A stretch of DNA of 57,766 bases from contig VRVR01000014.1 of the NCBI GenBank assembly GCA_009859145.1, forward strand, positions 68,222 to 125,987, written 5' to 3'. Below, in pieces: positions 1 to 10,044 of this stretch (position 1 is its first letter; each line of letters opens with the position of its first letter). The stretch comes from Andalucia godoyi And28 (taxonomy: Eukaryota; Protista; Jakobida). Under the pieces are notes generated by a model. It was not told the DNA's origin. It ran no database searches and saw nothing but the letters and a program-made list of their open reading frames with translations. Made by a program: the position numbers and the translations under genes.

Positions 1-103
1 TCCCTTCCTCCTCTCTCTCTCTCTCTCTCCCTTTCTCTCTGTTTCCTCTGTTTCTTTTGTGCGATTTTTTGTATACCTCTTGCGAATCGAGCTTATCATA
101 GAA

Positions 104-628
104 ATGGTGCACCAATACCAGATTGTTGGCCGAAAGATCCCCACTGACGCCGAGAAGAACCCGACGCTGTACCGCATGGCCGTCTTTGCACCCAACAAGG
201 TTGTTGCCAAGTCGCGTTTCTGGTATTTCCTTTCCCAGCTTCGTAAGATGAAGAAGGCGACTGGCGAGGTTATCCAGTGCCAAGAGGTTTTTGAGCGCAA
301 GCCCATCGTTGCCCGTAACTACGGCATCTGGCTCCGCTACAACTCGCGAACGGGAACTCACAACATGTACAAGGAGTTCCGTGATGTGTCCGTCAACGGT
401 GCAGTTGCACAGGCATACCAGGATATGGCTGCTCGCCACTCCGCCCGCGCAGACGTCATCCAGATCGTCCGTGTCGCAGAGGTTGCAGCCAAGGATACCC
501 GCCGCCAGTATGTCCAGATGTTCCACGACAACAGCATCAAGTTCCCCCTGCCAAACCGCCGTGTCCTCAAGCCCAAGCGCTTCCGCTCTACTTTCTTGGC
601 CCAGCGCCCGTCCACTCTCACTGCATAA
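104..628 (+). CDS. RPL18A: 60S ribosomal protein L18a (eL20)
   Basis: Translation MVHQYQIVGRKIPT...LYRMAVFAPNKVVAKSRFWYFL...RNYGIWLRYNSRTGTHNMYKEFRD...YQDMAARH is the eL20 family signature. ATG at 104 chosen because it aligns with homolog N-termini; the ORF-track start at 59 is a non-ATG extension. An upstream exon outside the window cannot be excluded. Confidence 0.96.
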   Translation: MVHQYQIVGRKIPTDAEKNPTLYRMAVFAPNKVVAKSRFWYFLSQLRKMKKATGEVIQCQEVFERKPIVARNYGIWLRYNSRTGTHNMYKEFRDVSVNGAVAQAYQDMAARHSARADVIQIVRVAEVAAKDTRRQYVQMFHDNSIKFPLPNRRVLKPKRFRSTFLAQRPSTLTA

Positions 629-1072
629 GCTTGCTAGCGTTCGTGCCCCGTACCAGTGGACAACAAGATCAAGAAGAAGAACAAGAAGAATTAATTCGCA
701 GAGTAAAAAATTGGTGTAGACATGATGACTGCAGGTAACAATTTTAACCGTGTTTCCAATTTCCATGCACAAGCGAAAGCACTCTCTATTCGTGGTGCTC
801 GCAATCCAAACAAAAAGGAAGAAGAGCGCAGTGCTCGAGTAGCAGCGCTCGAGCAGCTGGGGGCCTCCCAAAAACATTTGCATTCCAATGAACCAGCGTC
901 CTCTCGACGGCCATCCACGGGTTTCGAACGGAGCTGCCAATGTCCAATGGGGAGGGAGGGGGCCGAAGCCAGGCAAAGTTGCGAACGAAACAGTGTTGTC
1001 AATGAGCGCAAGCGAAAAGGAGCTGCCTGCATTTTATTCTTCTTCTTAAAATTCATAATTTATAATTTAATC

Positions 1073-1528
1073 CTAATCGGAACGGCTGCGATGGTTGACT
1101 CTTGCTGAGACAGGTGTGATGACGACTGGTTTTTCCGCGGTCTTCTTCACAGCTGGTGTTGCATACGCAGTCATCACGAGACTCGGAAGCCTCATCAACA
1201 ACAGGTACACCAAAGCACACAACGAGGCCAGATAACAGTTGCGTTGCGCGCGATAGTGCGACTGCATTCCCCAAGCGTACGTCTCCAGCGTGATGCTTTT
1301 GGACGTTGTGATGTGCGGATACTTGACTGTGAATTCTTCGTATGAGCGATACGCTAGGAATGCAGAAAATGATGCAATCAGCGCAAATGCGCCGACCGCG
1401 GACGGAGATCGCAAGGCTTGTGCAAACGGAACCACCACAACACGAAACAGGCGGGGCAACAGCAGCACGGAAATGGTCACGCAACCTGCAGTCAACAACA
1501 GGAAAATCACTGTCCACTCGACTGTCAT
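1073..1528 (-). CDS. BAP29/BAP31 (Yet-like) ER membrane protein, short form
   Basis: MTVEWTVIFLLL...LLLP N-terminus, three hydrophobic segments and the YRAQRNCYLA motif typical of the Bap31 transmembrane domain. It lacks the long C-terminal coiled coil. Confidence 0.75.
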   Translation of the reverse strand: MTVEWTVIFLLLTAGCVTISVLLLPRLFRVVVVPFAQALRSPSAVGAFALIASFSAFLAYRSYEEFTVKYPHITTSKSITLETYAWGMQSHYRAQRNCYLASLCALVYLLLMRLPSLVMTAYATPAVKKTAEKPVVITPVSARVNHRSRSD

Positions 1529-1848
1529 TTCGTATCTACTATCTACACGCACGCAATCGCAATAAAAATGAAAGAAGAAAGAAGCGCGTAAGCTGGAAAG
1601 CCAGCAAGATAATACATTTAAAATGGTTGTAATAATAATAAAAAGGGAAAAAGGGGGGAGGGGAGAGAAACACTCGAATGATCCTGCTCAAACTTCAACT
1701 TGGCACTGCTCACGTGAAATGCGAGGTGGAATCAGCAACAGCAAAAGGCAGTCCTCACCGTAGGAAGCGGGGGAGGGAGCCGAGTTGCGGACGTGAGACG
1801 CTGGAGCTAAAATAAAAATTAAAAAAAGAAAGAAAGAAAAGCACTGCA

Positions 1849-2325
1849 TCACGGCGGCCCATCCTCGGATTTTTTGTACAGGATCTGGCGATGTGAGCCT
1901 TCGGGATCGCCTTCTTCCAACAGGAAAGTCCATTTGTGCAGTCGCCTAGCTCCCGCAAGCAGCGCCGGATCCAAATGCTCAAACCATTCGATGAGATGCA
2001 CAGCATGAGCTAGCGAGTCTGGAGTCAGCCCGAGTCTGGCATTCGACGATTTGCACGGGTCTAGACGATACGCATCGATATGAACGTATTCAATACTTGT
2101 TTTTGGATGCCTGTATTCAACCCGCAAGTTGTACGTAGGACTCGAGACATGCAGCTCGGGATCCACATCCGCGAATACTCTTTGTAGAAAGTATCGTGCA
2201 AATGTTGTCTTACCCGCTCCCAAGTCGCCACCGAGAAGATACACGTCGCCTCGATGGTGCTTGCATGCAGCTTCGTGTGCAAGAGAAACCAGTCCAGAAA
2301 GTGGCACTCGGGACCAACGATGCAT
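1849..2325 (-). CDS. tsaE: TsaE (YjeE) tRNA threonylcarbamoyladenosine biosynthesis ATPase, bacterial-type
   Basis: GDVYLLGGDLGAGKTTF (Walker A), VSSPTY, HIDAYRL and HLIEW motifs in the correct order and spacing; 158 aa. Confidence 0.9.
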   Translation of the reverse strand: MHRWSRVPLSGLVSLAHEAACKHHRGDVYLLGGDLGAGKTTFARYFLQRVFADVDPELHVSSPTYNLRVEYRHPKTSIEYVHIDAYRLDPCKSSNARLGLTPDSLAHAVHLIEWFEHLDPALLAGARRLHKWTFLLEEGDPEGSHRQILYKKSEDGPP

Positions 2326-2728
2326 CTCCTTTTCCCCCGCCTTCTTGTTCTATTTTCTTCTCTGTCGTTTTCTCTCGCTGCCCGCGATATTCCTTTTTTT
2401 AATTTAAATAATAAATAAAGAATAAAGAATAAAGAAAAGAGAAAGAAACCTTTTCAATCACTCATTCGTTCGTTCCCTCTCTTGCTTTCCTATCTTCTTT
2501 CTGTGATTCCAAAACAAAAACTCCTGCGACTACAACTACCGCAACATTCAAAGAAGACTAAAACAAAAAAGATTCGAGTTCCGGCGGAAATCCCAAACAA
2601 ATGAGGAAAACTCTTGCTGACGCCATGCCTGTCGACCGATTTTTCTCAATGCTGTCTTTTGTGACGGCTGCTCCATACTGCATGATCATAAACGAAACGC
2701 TGCTTTTTCTAAACAAACGTGAGCTGCA

Positions 2729-3847
2729 ATGTCTGAGCCTCGATTGCGATATGCGGTGATTCCAATTGCAGGTATGTGATCACTGGTGTCTTTACTTTTG
2801 TCTTTTTCTTTTGTCTATTTTCTTTTCCCCCTTACCGACTTGGCTCTTTCTGATGCAAAACGAAAAAATATTTTAATAATATGATTAGGGTTTGGGACAC
2901 GCATGTTTCCTGCTTCGAAGGCCGTTCCCAAGGCGCTTCTTCCGATTGTCCACAGAGGTTTTGCAAAGCCTATTCTCCACGTCATCATTGAAGAGGCTCT
3001 TTCGGCCGGAGTCGAAAAAATCTGCCTTGTGTGTTCTCCGTCGCAGATCGAGGAGGTAAAGGAGTACTTTTCATCGGAACCGCTCGATGTTTACCAGAAA
3101 AAGTTCCCTGAACAATGCCGGCAGCTCAGAGACATCTCGTCTCGTATTGCGTTTGCAATCCAGCCTGAAATGAAGGGGTTCGGGGACGCAGTCTTGTGCT
3201 CAAGAGACGTTGTTGGCACGGAACACCATGTGCTTGTCATGCTTGGCGACCATGTTTATACCTCGTCGGATGCCCAAGGCAGATCGTGTGCAAAACAGCT
3301 TGTGGACGCATGGACTTCCTGTGGCAAAGTGGGTTCCGCAACGTCGCTGGACACGTGTGCATTGCAGGATGTCCGTGTCAATGGCATTGTGAATGTCAGT
3401 CCTGTTCCCACAGCAGATCCAGATGTTGGCGCACGTGCAGAGGCTGATGCAGAGGCTGGGGCTGGTGCTGGTGCTGATGCTGCTTTTACTGGTGCCGGTG
3501 TTGGGGTGTTCCGGGTGGATTCAGGAGTCGAGAAACCGTCTGTCGAGTACGCAAAGAACAATCTGACCCCGTGTGGATTCCAGAACAAAGATGGAAGCAC
3601 TGAGCCGCTATTTTATTGCTACTTTGGAATGGATCTGCTGTCGCCGCTCATATTTGAGGAGCTGCAGTCTATGAAAGATGATCCTTCGCTGCGCACGCAT
3701 GGCGAACTACAGCTTCGAGACGCAATGATGCGCGTTGCGGATCGTGAACAGTTTTTGGGAGTCAGAGTCCAAGGAAAGAGACACGACACCGGTATGCCAT
3801 GCGAGTATGCACAGGCAATCGCTGCCATGGCTGCCGTTCCATACTGA
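2729..3847 (+). CDS. GalU-like (bacterial-type) sugar-1-phosphate nucleotidyltransferase, probable UTP-glucose-1-phosphate uridylyltransferase; 2 exons
   Basis: Exons 2729-2771 and 2889-3847 splice to MSEPRLRYAVIPIAGFGTRMFPASKAVPKALLP, restoring the nucleotidyltransferase GxGTR...PK motif. Further motifs are QPEMKGFGDAV, MLGDH, GELQLRDA and RHDTG. About 333 aa. The substrate is inferred. Confidence 0.85.
2772..2888 (+). other. Spliceosomal intron (117 nt) in the GalU-like gene
   Basis: GTATGT donor, T-rich body and TTAG acceptor. Removal joins AVIPIA-G-FGTRM in frame and rebuilds the conserved motif. Confidence 0.92.
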
Positions 3848-4158
3848 TGCGAACTGTTCCCTACGCTTTCCGTTCGCGATATGCCAAAATTTCCCATTCC
3901 TGGCTGCAAGCGCGGTCGTAACAAATAGCAAAGAAAACCAACAAAGAGATCCTCTTCCCGCCAAATCTCGAGCCTTTATTATCTTAAACGATTCTTTTTC
4001 ATTTTTCATTTTTCATTTTTCATTTTTTTGCATTTGCATTTGCATTTGCATTTTGGATTTTATTGATTATGTTTTCCTTCCCTTTTTGAACACCACTGTT
4101 TATCCCTCTCTCGACAAGCTGTCCTTGTTTTCTTTCTTTCTCCTGCTTTGCTTTTGGA

Positions 4159-4168
4159 CTCCCTCCCT

Positions 4169-4215
<47 letters not shown>

Positions 4216-4245
4216 CCTCTCTCCCTCTCTCTCTCTCTCTCTCTC
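4159..4245. repeat. (CT)n/(CCCT)n microsatellite upstream of NCAPG2
   Basis: Directly visible polypyrimidine tandem repeat. Confidence 0.95.
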
Positions 4246-4265
4246 GATTAGCCCCCCGTGCAGAA

Positions 4266-6344
4266 ATGTCGGCTTCTGAAAATGAACTGCTGGAAGCATT
4301 GTCGCAGCATGACCAGATTCCTCTGCTGAGTGGAGCCGCTGCAGAAGGGGCTGCATTAAAGGTGGATGCTGCATTCCTGTCGACAAACGATGTTCGATTG
4401 GTCCCGAATCTTCTTGGGTACTATCTCTCCACCTCCAATTTCACAAAAATCGCATCTTCAAAGCAGCTTTTATCTGCGTTCTCGGTCTGCGACTTTGAGG
4501 AAGACGCAGATTTGCTGCTGAAGGCGTTTGATCCGGACTCCGCACTGTCCGACGCAAGATTACGAATTGCAGTAGCAGCATTGTCTCACCAGCCTGAGTC
4601 GGTTCAGCTGCAGATTCACAAGCAGATTCTCCAAAGACTTCCGGATGCATCTGTTCAGGATCTGGAAAAGATTGGGAAGATGTACTTCAAAGCGTGGGCA
4701 CAGGGAATGGACGAAGCACCCATCTTGGCAGACCTTGCACATCGAGCAGTGCATGCGTCAAGCACGCGCATTTTGACCGCACTTCGCACGGTTCTTGAAC
4801 CACTCCACTCGTCTCGAAAGGTTGAGCTCCTGGTGGCAATGTACGGACCGCTGCTGGCTCGATCGCTGCATGTGGCGAATGCGTCCGTTCGGACAAATGC
4901 GGCTTTGCTCTTTGGGGATGTTTTTCCGCTACATGAATCCAATACTGATGAGTTGGATGGCGAGTTTCTGGAAATTTTCAACTCCATGACGCAGGATCCG
5001 TGTGTTTCTGTTCGGACGGCTGCATGCGAATCAGTATGCCATATCCTCCATCTGTACTCCTCTGTTCTTTCCAGAAATGTTGTCTTGGATGCAGTACGGC
5101 ATGTTGCATTGCATTCTGCGTTCGACGGTTCCTCCCAAGCGCTGCGAGTCGTTGCAGTCGAAGGAATCTCCAACTTGTGCATCCAGGACATGATGCCTTT
5201 CATTCGCAATGTGCTCCCGAACCTCACTCCTCTGCTGCGTGATCGGTCTTGGAAGATCCGCTTGGAAACTGTCAAGGTGCTACGCAAGCTGAGCGACATT
5301 CCCGGTTTGCGGTTTGAAGACATCGTTTCTCGGCAGATTCTCGAAAGCCGGCTTAACGTGGAGGAGCATGATCGTGTGCTCAAGGAACTTAGCGATCTCG
5401 TTTTCCAGGATGAGATCCACGGTGATCCACACGCGATTCTGGAGGTGTATCGCTCAAGTCTGGCGGATGAAACGAAACATCGGCAATTGCTTCGATTGAT
5501 TTCATCTGTCCGCAAGGGAAGTCGACATGCCTCTGCTGTCCAAGGACTGTTGCAGAGAACTGTTCAGTGCATTACGGAGTCTTTGGACAAGCAAAAGGCC
5601 ACACGCTCCCTAGCAGACGATGCAGACGTTTCTGCTTCTGCAGCAGGATCCAGGAAACGAGGGAAGACGTCAAGGACAGGTGCTGCCAAGAATGCGGTGG
5701 CGGACAGTGCAAAGCGGTTTCGCGTTCTTTCAAACGAAGAGTTCTCATTTCTTTTGCATTTACTGCCGCCAATAGTGGAAACCTTTGGTAACGTTCAAGG
5801 ATGCATAACGGCGTCGTTTTTCCATCTTGTTCTGGATGCATACGGTGTCTCCGACGTCATCTGCGACATTGCTCGATTGACAAAAATCAGGGTCGACATC
5901 TTGCGGCATGTTTTGCACGCTTCTCAGATCAATGCGGATTTTGCATTTTCAAAGTCGGTGATGTTGGCCATGGGTCCTGCTGCCGTGGTCGAGTTCGTTT
6001 CTGCGACGCCGGCAGCGCACGGCGAAGATGCCTTACGAAGACGACAGAAAGGAAAGGCTGGCAAAGTCAGTGCGCAGACACTCAGCGACCAGCAGCTCCA
6101 GTGCGCTGCTGTGTATGTGCAGTACAGTGCGCGTGATGCAGATGCAGATCGAAAGCTCTGTGCTTTGTTCAAGAGCATGCACGAAACCGCGCTCGACGAC
6201 GATGTTGTGACCTCGCTGTATCTCAGACTCCTTGTGCGATGCGGACACTGCGACGAGTCTTACCTCGAAGATTTTGACCATGAATCCGACGTCGTCAAAG
6301 AAGTCATTTCCTTCATGGAAGTCCTTGCTCTTCCCGCGTTGTAA
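4266..6344 (+). CDS. NCAPG2: Condensin II complex subunit CAP-G2 (HEAT repeats)
   Basis: MYGPLLARSLHVANASVRTNAALLFGDVFPL and DPCVSVRTAACESVCHIL match the CAP-G2 conserved blocks. ATG 4266 lies after the microsatellite; the upstream in-frame extension is low-complexity. 692 aa. Confidence 0.85.
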   Translation: MSASENELLEALSQHDQIPLLSGAAAEGAALKVDAAFLSTNDVRLVPNLLGYYLSTSNFTKIASSKQLLSAFSVCDFEEDADLLLKAFDPDSALSDARLRIAVAALSHQPESVQLQIHKQILQRLPDASVQDLEKIGKMYFKAWAQGMDEAPILADLAHRAVHASSTRILTALRTVLEPLHSSRKVELLVAMYGPLLARSLHVANASVRTNAALLFGDVFPLHESNTDELDGEFLEIFNSMTQDPCVSVRTAACESVCHILHLYSSVLSRNVVLDAVRHVALHSAFDGSSQALRVVAVEGISNLCIQDMMPFIRNVLPNLTPLLRDRSWKIRLETVKVLRKLSDIPGLRFEDIVSRQILESRLNVEEHDRVLKELSDLVFQDEIHGDPHAILEVYRSSLADETKHRQLLRLISSVRKGSRHASAVQGLLQRTVQCITESLDKQKATRSLADDADVSASAAGSRKRGKTSRTGAAKNAVADSAKRFRVLSNEEFSFLLHLLPPIVETFGNVQGCITASFFHLVLDAYGVSDVICDIARLTKIRVDILRHVLHASQINADFAFSKSVMLAMGPAAVVEFVSATPAAHGEDALRRRQKGKAGKVSAQTLSDQQLQCAAVYVQYSARDADADRKLCALFKSMHETALDDDVVTSLYLRLLVRCGHCDESYLEDFDHESDVVKEVISFMEVLALPAL

Positions 6345-6939
6345 CAACAGCGACCTGCAATCTCATCTCTGCGTATCTGCAAAATGTGGTACCGTTGCCG
6401 CTTATTGCGATATGGTGAAGCAATCTAAAGCGCATGTAAACAAGAACCACTGCCACGCGTCGTGCGCATGCGTTTTGTTATCTTGACAGCTCCGTCATAC
6501 CATGCCCGATTCGTTTCGCCCCATTTTGATCATGAAATCCCTATAAACACGCCGCCGCGTTGCATTCTCGCACAGCGACGCTCATTTCATTTTCTTATTT
6601 TTATTGTCCATGCAACGCAACATCTATCTTGAGAACGTCGCTCATGCCGAGGGGTGTGTTGGGGCCTGCCCCCTTCCCAATCATGCTATGCATGTTGCTG
6701 GGTTGCAACATTGATTATGGGTTATCAGCGATGATTATCCGTGGTTAGTGTACAATGTTGGCAATCCGCATCTACTCTGCCGGATCTTTTTTCCCTCTCA
6801 ACAAACTCTTTATATTGTTTTGCTTTTGCTTTTGTGTTTTTGTTTTTAAAACGGGGCAAAAGATTTTCGCGGTTTTCCTTTTTTTCTTTTTCCTCTGCAA
6901 TTCGAGCCAAAGTGGAGAATAGAAAGAGTCGGAAATCCC

Positions 6940-9900
6940 ATGGATCGAGAAACTGCGGATCTTCTGACGCGGCTGATAGCGAAGGGATCAGATCCACATC
7001 AAGTCATTTCGAAGCCTACTTGCAATGAAATCTTGGCAAACTGGCTTGTGCGAAACAACCATTTCGAACTTGTGGACATCGAGAGCACGGTTCACGATAT
7101 ATCGAGAGCTTCTGTCTCTTCTGGGCTTTCTGTGCTGATTGCCTCCAAGCAGAAAACCGTTCCTATTCAAATCACGCAAATGTTTACTTTGAGGAAAACA
7201 TGCTTTCTGACATTTGACAGCTTATCTTCGTTTTTCCGATTTTTGATCTCTGTGCATGGCTCGGAATTGGATGTCCGGCTTTCTTCGGCTCTGGTGGATC
7301 ATTTGATCCAGTCGTCGGATCTCGTATTTCAGACTCAAAGGTTGTATTCGTTTGGTGTAGACGTCCTGCAGTACGTTCCTGCGGATATGCGGTCGAGGTT
7401 CTGCGATCACTTTCTGTTTCGTGAGTTCTCATTTCCCGATTGGAAGGGTGTTTTGGTGCGGAAGTCTGAGGAGAAGCTAAAAGATCCAGCAAAGAGATTC
7501 AAGTCTTACCTGGAAGCGCTGCTGGATGATCCGACCAAACTGGACGACTACGTTCTGGCGTCGTTTATTCGGAGTTCCAAGAACGTCTATGACAGGAAAG
7601 TGCGCTTTGATTTGGAAGAAGCAGAGCAGCGAGAAGAACTCAAAGCTCGGAAGAATGCAAAACTGGCGTCGGATGCGGATGGCAATTCATTAAAGACGTC
7701 CCAGCAGAAACTCGATGGTGGTGCAGGTGGCGATGAGCACAAAAAGTTCCATGACGATGGTGACGACGGTGCTGACGCTGTTGACGACGACGGAGACGAA
7801 GATGAGGAAGAAGAAAATGAGGAGACTTCGGAGCGTGGAGAGGTTAATGATGAACATGCAGATCGGTGTGTAGAATCCAGCAGCGCAAGGATTGCGGATT
7901 CCCCAGCGGTAGCTTCTGGGCGAAAAGGGCGAGATTTGTACGAAGACACTGCCGATTTCTTGGTTGAAAAGCTCCTCATGAAACTTCCATTGTCTACAAT
8001 GACAAAAGCCAAGATGCAAGTGTGCGCCAGCGCAAAGGTTCGATTACGAGACGCATCATTTTCGCGGTTGCTCTTTCTGCAGACTCTCAGCGTCGCGTGC
8101 ATGTGGTGCTGCCCTTCACTGGTCGATGACAGGGATCTTTTGCTGGCGGTGGATTCGGATGACGAGTACAGATCCCTGCTTTTGCTGTGCTCATCCGTTC
8201 GCAGGGTCGACTATCTTGTGGAGACTTCAGAGTTCTGCAGGATCACACCATCGACAATCGACGTCTGGAAGCAGGTGATCGCATCGCTGCCGCAGGGTCA
8301 AGTCATCCCTTTGTGTCGAATCATTGCGGCCAGAAAGTCCGAGTATGAGTCCGTGATCGGCCCTCTGCTTGATTCTTTCGTTGTGTACGACGAAAGTGCT
8401 GCTGCCTCCTTCTTCAGGATCTTAAAGGAGAACGGTGTGCTGCATCTCGCAACTGTCTTGGCAAACACTTGTAGGGACATGCTGCTCATGCCACGACCTG
8501 TTCCTTCATTTTCACGACAGGAGATCGATACCGTGCTGCGGGATGGCTCCTGCATCCAGTTACACGATTGGCTTCAGAAGTATGATCGATACGCAAGTTC
8601 CACTCAACGTCGAATGTTTCTACTTGGACTTGTTGCTTCTAAGACTCCTGCCGAGCTTTCGGCCTTGGAAATATCACCTTCACTCTACCGAGCGTTCAAG
8701 AAGTTGTGCTCATCGAAGCACAAGAATAGCTGGAGTATGCTGTCGAAGCTGCCGTTTCCGCTTCGATTCAAAAAGGCATCGGTGCTTCTGGTGTTGCGAA
8801 ACGAACATTTTGAGTCCCGCCTTGAAATTTTGACGTTCATGATCAAGAGTTCGTTTGCTTTGAAACAGCAGAAAGTATCCGCACTGTTTTGGAAGCCTGA
8901 ATCGCAGCACTCTCTCCTTTCCATCCTCCATTCTACCCCGACTGATTCTGCCACAGAGATTGGCTACTTCGCCTCGCGCCTGATGCTCTCTCTTCCTCCA
9001 AAATCCCCGGCTGCAAAAAAAGGAATGTCGCTGGATGCCTTGCTGTTCAGACATTCTGGATTCGCGGATGGTTGCTTTGACCATGCTGTGGAGCATCACT
9101 CCGTTCCCGTTGGATTTCCCGTTCTTCCAGAAACCCTCAAGGTACTCGGACTGTGCAAGAAGGGATTTGATGTGACGCAGGCCCGACAATCCAGTGCAGA
9201 CGTCCAGGCATTTGTCCTGCATCACATGAGCCCTCTTCCCACGGAGCAGGAATTCCATTCGATATGCGAAAATCTCCACGATCCAATCGCCGTGGATATG
9301 ATCGTTCGCCACGCGGATGCAGATCGTGCCCGCTGGATCGCCGAGTATCTCACCAAGCGGCTACTTTCGCTTGCAGACTGCGCAAAACCGTTGGACGACG
9401 TGTCACGACTGCTGCTGGAGGCGTTTTGCCGGTACCGCTTATCATCCAAACCGGCAGCCTCCATTTTCAATGCCTTGCTGATTCTTGGCCCTCGATTCGA
9501 CATTTCACTGTACAGCTTTGTGGAGGCCATCTTCCGAAAAGAAGATGTGCGCGTTTCCGAGGACCTTGTCTCTTTGTTTTTCTCCAGTTCCTTCACGTCC
9601 AACTCGTCATTGGTCCACTCAATGGAAGCCTGCACTGCCCTCATTCTTCACCGTGGAAAACTGGCTGTTGGCCACTCTGTGCTTCTCGTGTCGTATCTAC
9701 GCAAGCTTGCGCAGTGCCTGTTATCCGAAGTATCCTTCCAAACCATGCAGCAGAGTTCCCAATTCGTTCGTCTTTCCGACTCGCTGCGGAGCCTTGCGTC
9801 TCAGCTTCGCAAGTCGGTTCTGTACGTCATTCCAGCGGTTGTCGATGCCCTGAAGCAGTCTCCTTTTCGCGAAGGCGATGTCAAGCGAGAGTTTATGCGT

Positions 9901-10044
9901 GGAGTATGGGCTCTCATGGATACCTGTGGTACTGACGAGTTTCAGGAGGTGAACACTCTCATCACTGATGCGGCAGGCCGTGAACTGTGGCGACAATTGT
10001 ATGCTCAGTATGACCGACTCCACCGGTTCAAAGGAAAATCGTAA
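6940..10044 (+). CDS. URB2: Urb2/Npa2-like nucleolar pre-ribosomal protein
   Basis: 1034-aa helical protein. The C-terminus FMRGVWALMDTC...INTLITDAAGRELWRQLYAQYDRLHRFKGK resembles the Urb2/Npa2 C-terminal domain; there is an internal acidic tract. Confidence 0.7.
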   Translation: MDRETADLLTRLIAKGSDPHQVISKPTCNEILANWLVRNNHFELVDIESTVHDISRASVSSGLSVLIASKQKTVPIQITQMFTLRKTCFLTFDSLSSFFRFLISVHGSELDVRLSSALVDHLIQSSDLVFQTQRLYSFGVDVLQYVPADMRSRFCDHFLFREFSFPDWKGVLVRKSEEKLKDPAKRFKSYLEALLDDPTKLDDYVLASFIRSSKNVYDRKVRFDLEEAEQREELKARKNAKLASDADGNSLKTSQQKLDGGAGGDEHKKFHDDGDDGADAVDDDGDEDEEEENEETSERGEVNDEHADRCVESSSARIADSPAVASGRKGRDLYEDTADFLVEKLLMKLPLSTMTKAKMQVCASAKVRLRDASFSRLLFLQTLSVACMWCCPSLVDDRDLLLAVDSDDEYRSLLLLCSSVRRVDYLVETSEFCRITPSTIDVWKQVIASLPQGQVIPLCRIIAARKSEYESVIGPLLDSFVVYDESAAASFFRILKENGVLHLATVLANTCRDMLLMPRPVPSFSRQEIDTVLRDGSCIQLHDWLQKYDRYASSTQRRMFLLGLVASKTPAELSALEISPSLYRAFKKLCSSKHKNSWSMLSKLPFPLRFKKASVLLVLRNEHFESRLEILTFMIKSSFALKQQKVSALFWKPESQHSLLSILHSTPTDSATEIGYFASRLMLSLPPKSPAAKKGMSLDALLFRHSGFADGCFDHAVEHHSVPVGFPVLPETLKVLGLCKKGFDVTQARQSSADVQAFVLHHMSPLPTEQEFHSICENLHDPIAVDMIVRHADADRARWIAEYLTKRLLSLADCAKPLDDVSRLLLEAFCRYRLSSKPAASIFNALLILGPRFDISLYSFVEAIFRKEDVRVSEDLVSLFFSSSFTSNSSLVHSMEACTALILHRGKLAVGHSVLLVSYLRKLAQCLLSEVSFQTMQQSSQFVRLSDSLRSLASQLRKSVLYVIPAVVDALKQSPFREGDVKREFMRGVWALMDTCGTDEFQEVNTLITDAAGRELWRQLYAQYDRLHRFKGKS

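Noticed and set aside
1027-1166. Possible extra intron in the BAP31-like gene (GTATGC donor, ATGCAG acceptor on the minus strand)
   Set aside because: Splicing gives only a short AQLLFACAH* tail, and the putative intron is mostly coding-like. The unspliced ORF is more parsimonious.
3735-4265. N-terminal extension of the NCAPG2 ORF (and similar extensions at 19492, 39268, 42845, 48328 and 39012)
   Set aside because: These are translations of microsatellite or AT-rich spacer DNA (SLSLSL, FFFF, YYYY), often from non-ATG starts. The real starts are downstream.
1-4268. Polypyrimidine tract plus AG just before the ATG (RPL18A TAG|AAATG, NCAPG2 CAG|AAATG), suggesting SL trans-splicing
   Set aside because: The pattern is not consistent across genes: many starts have purine-rich leaders and no adjacent AG. 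It is equally explained by 5' UTR introns or CT-rich leaders.
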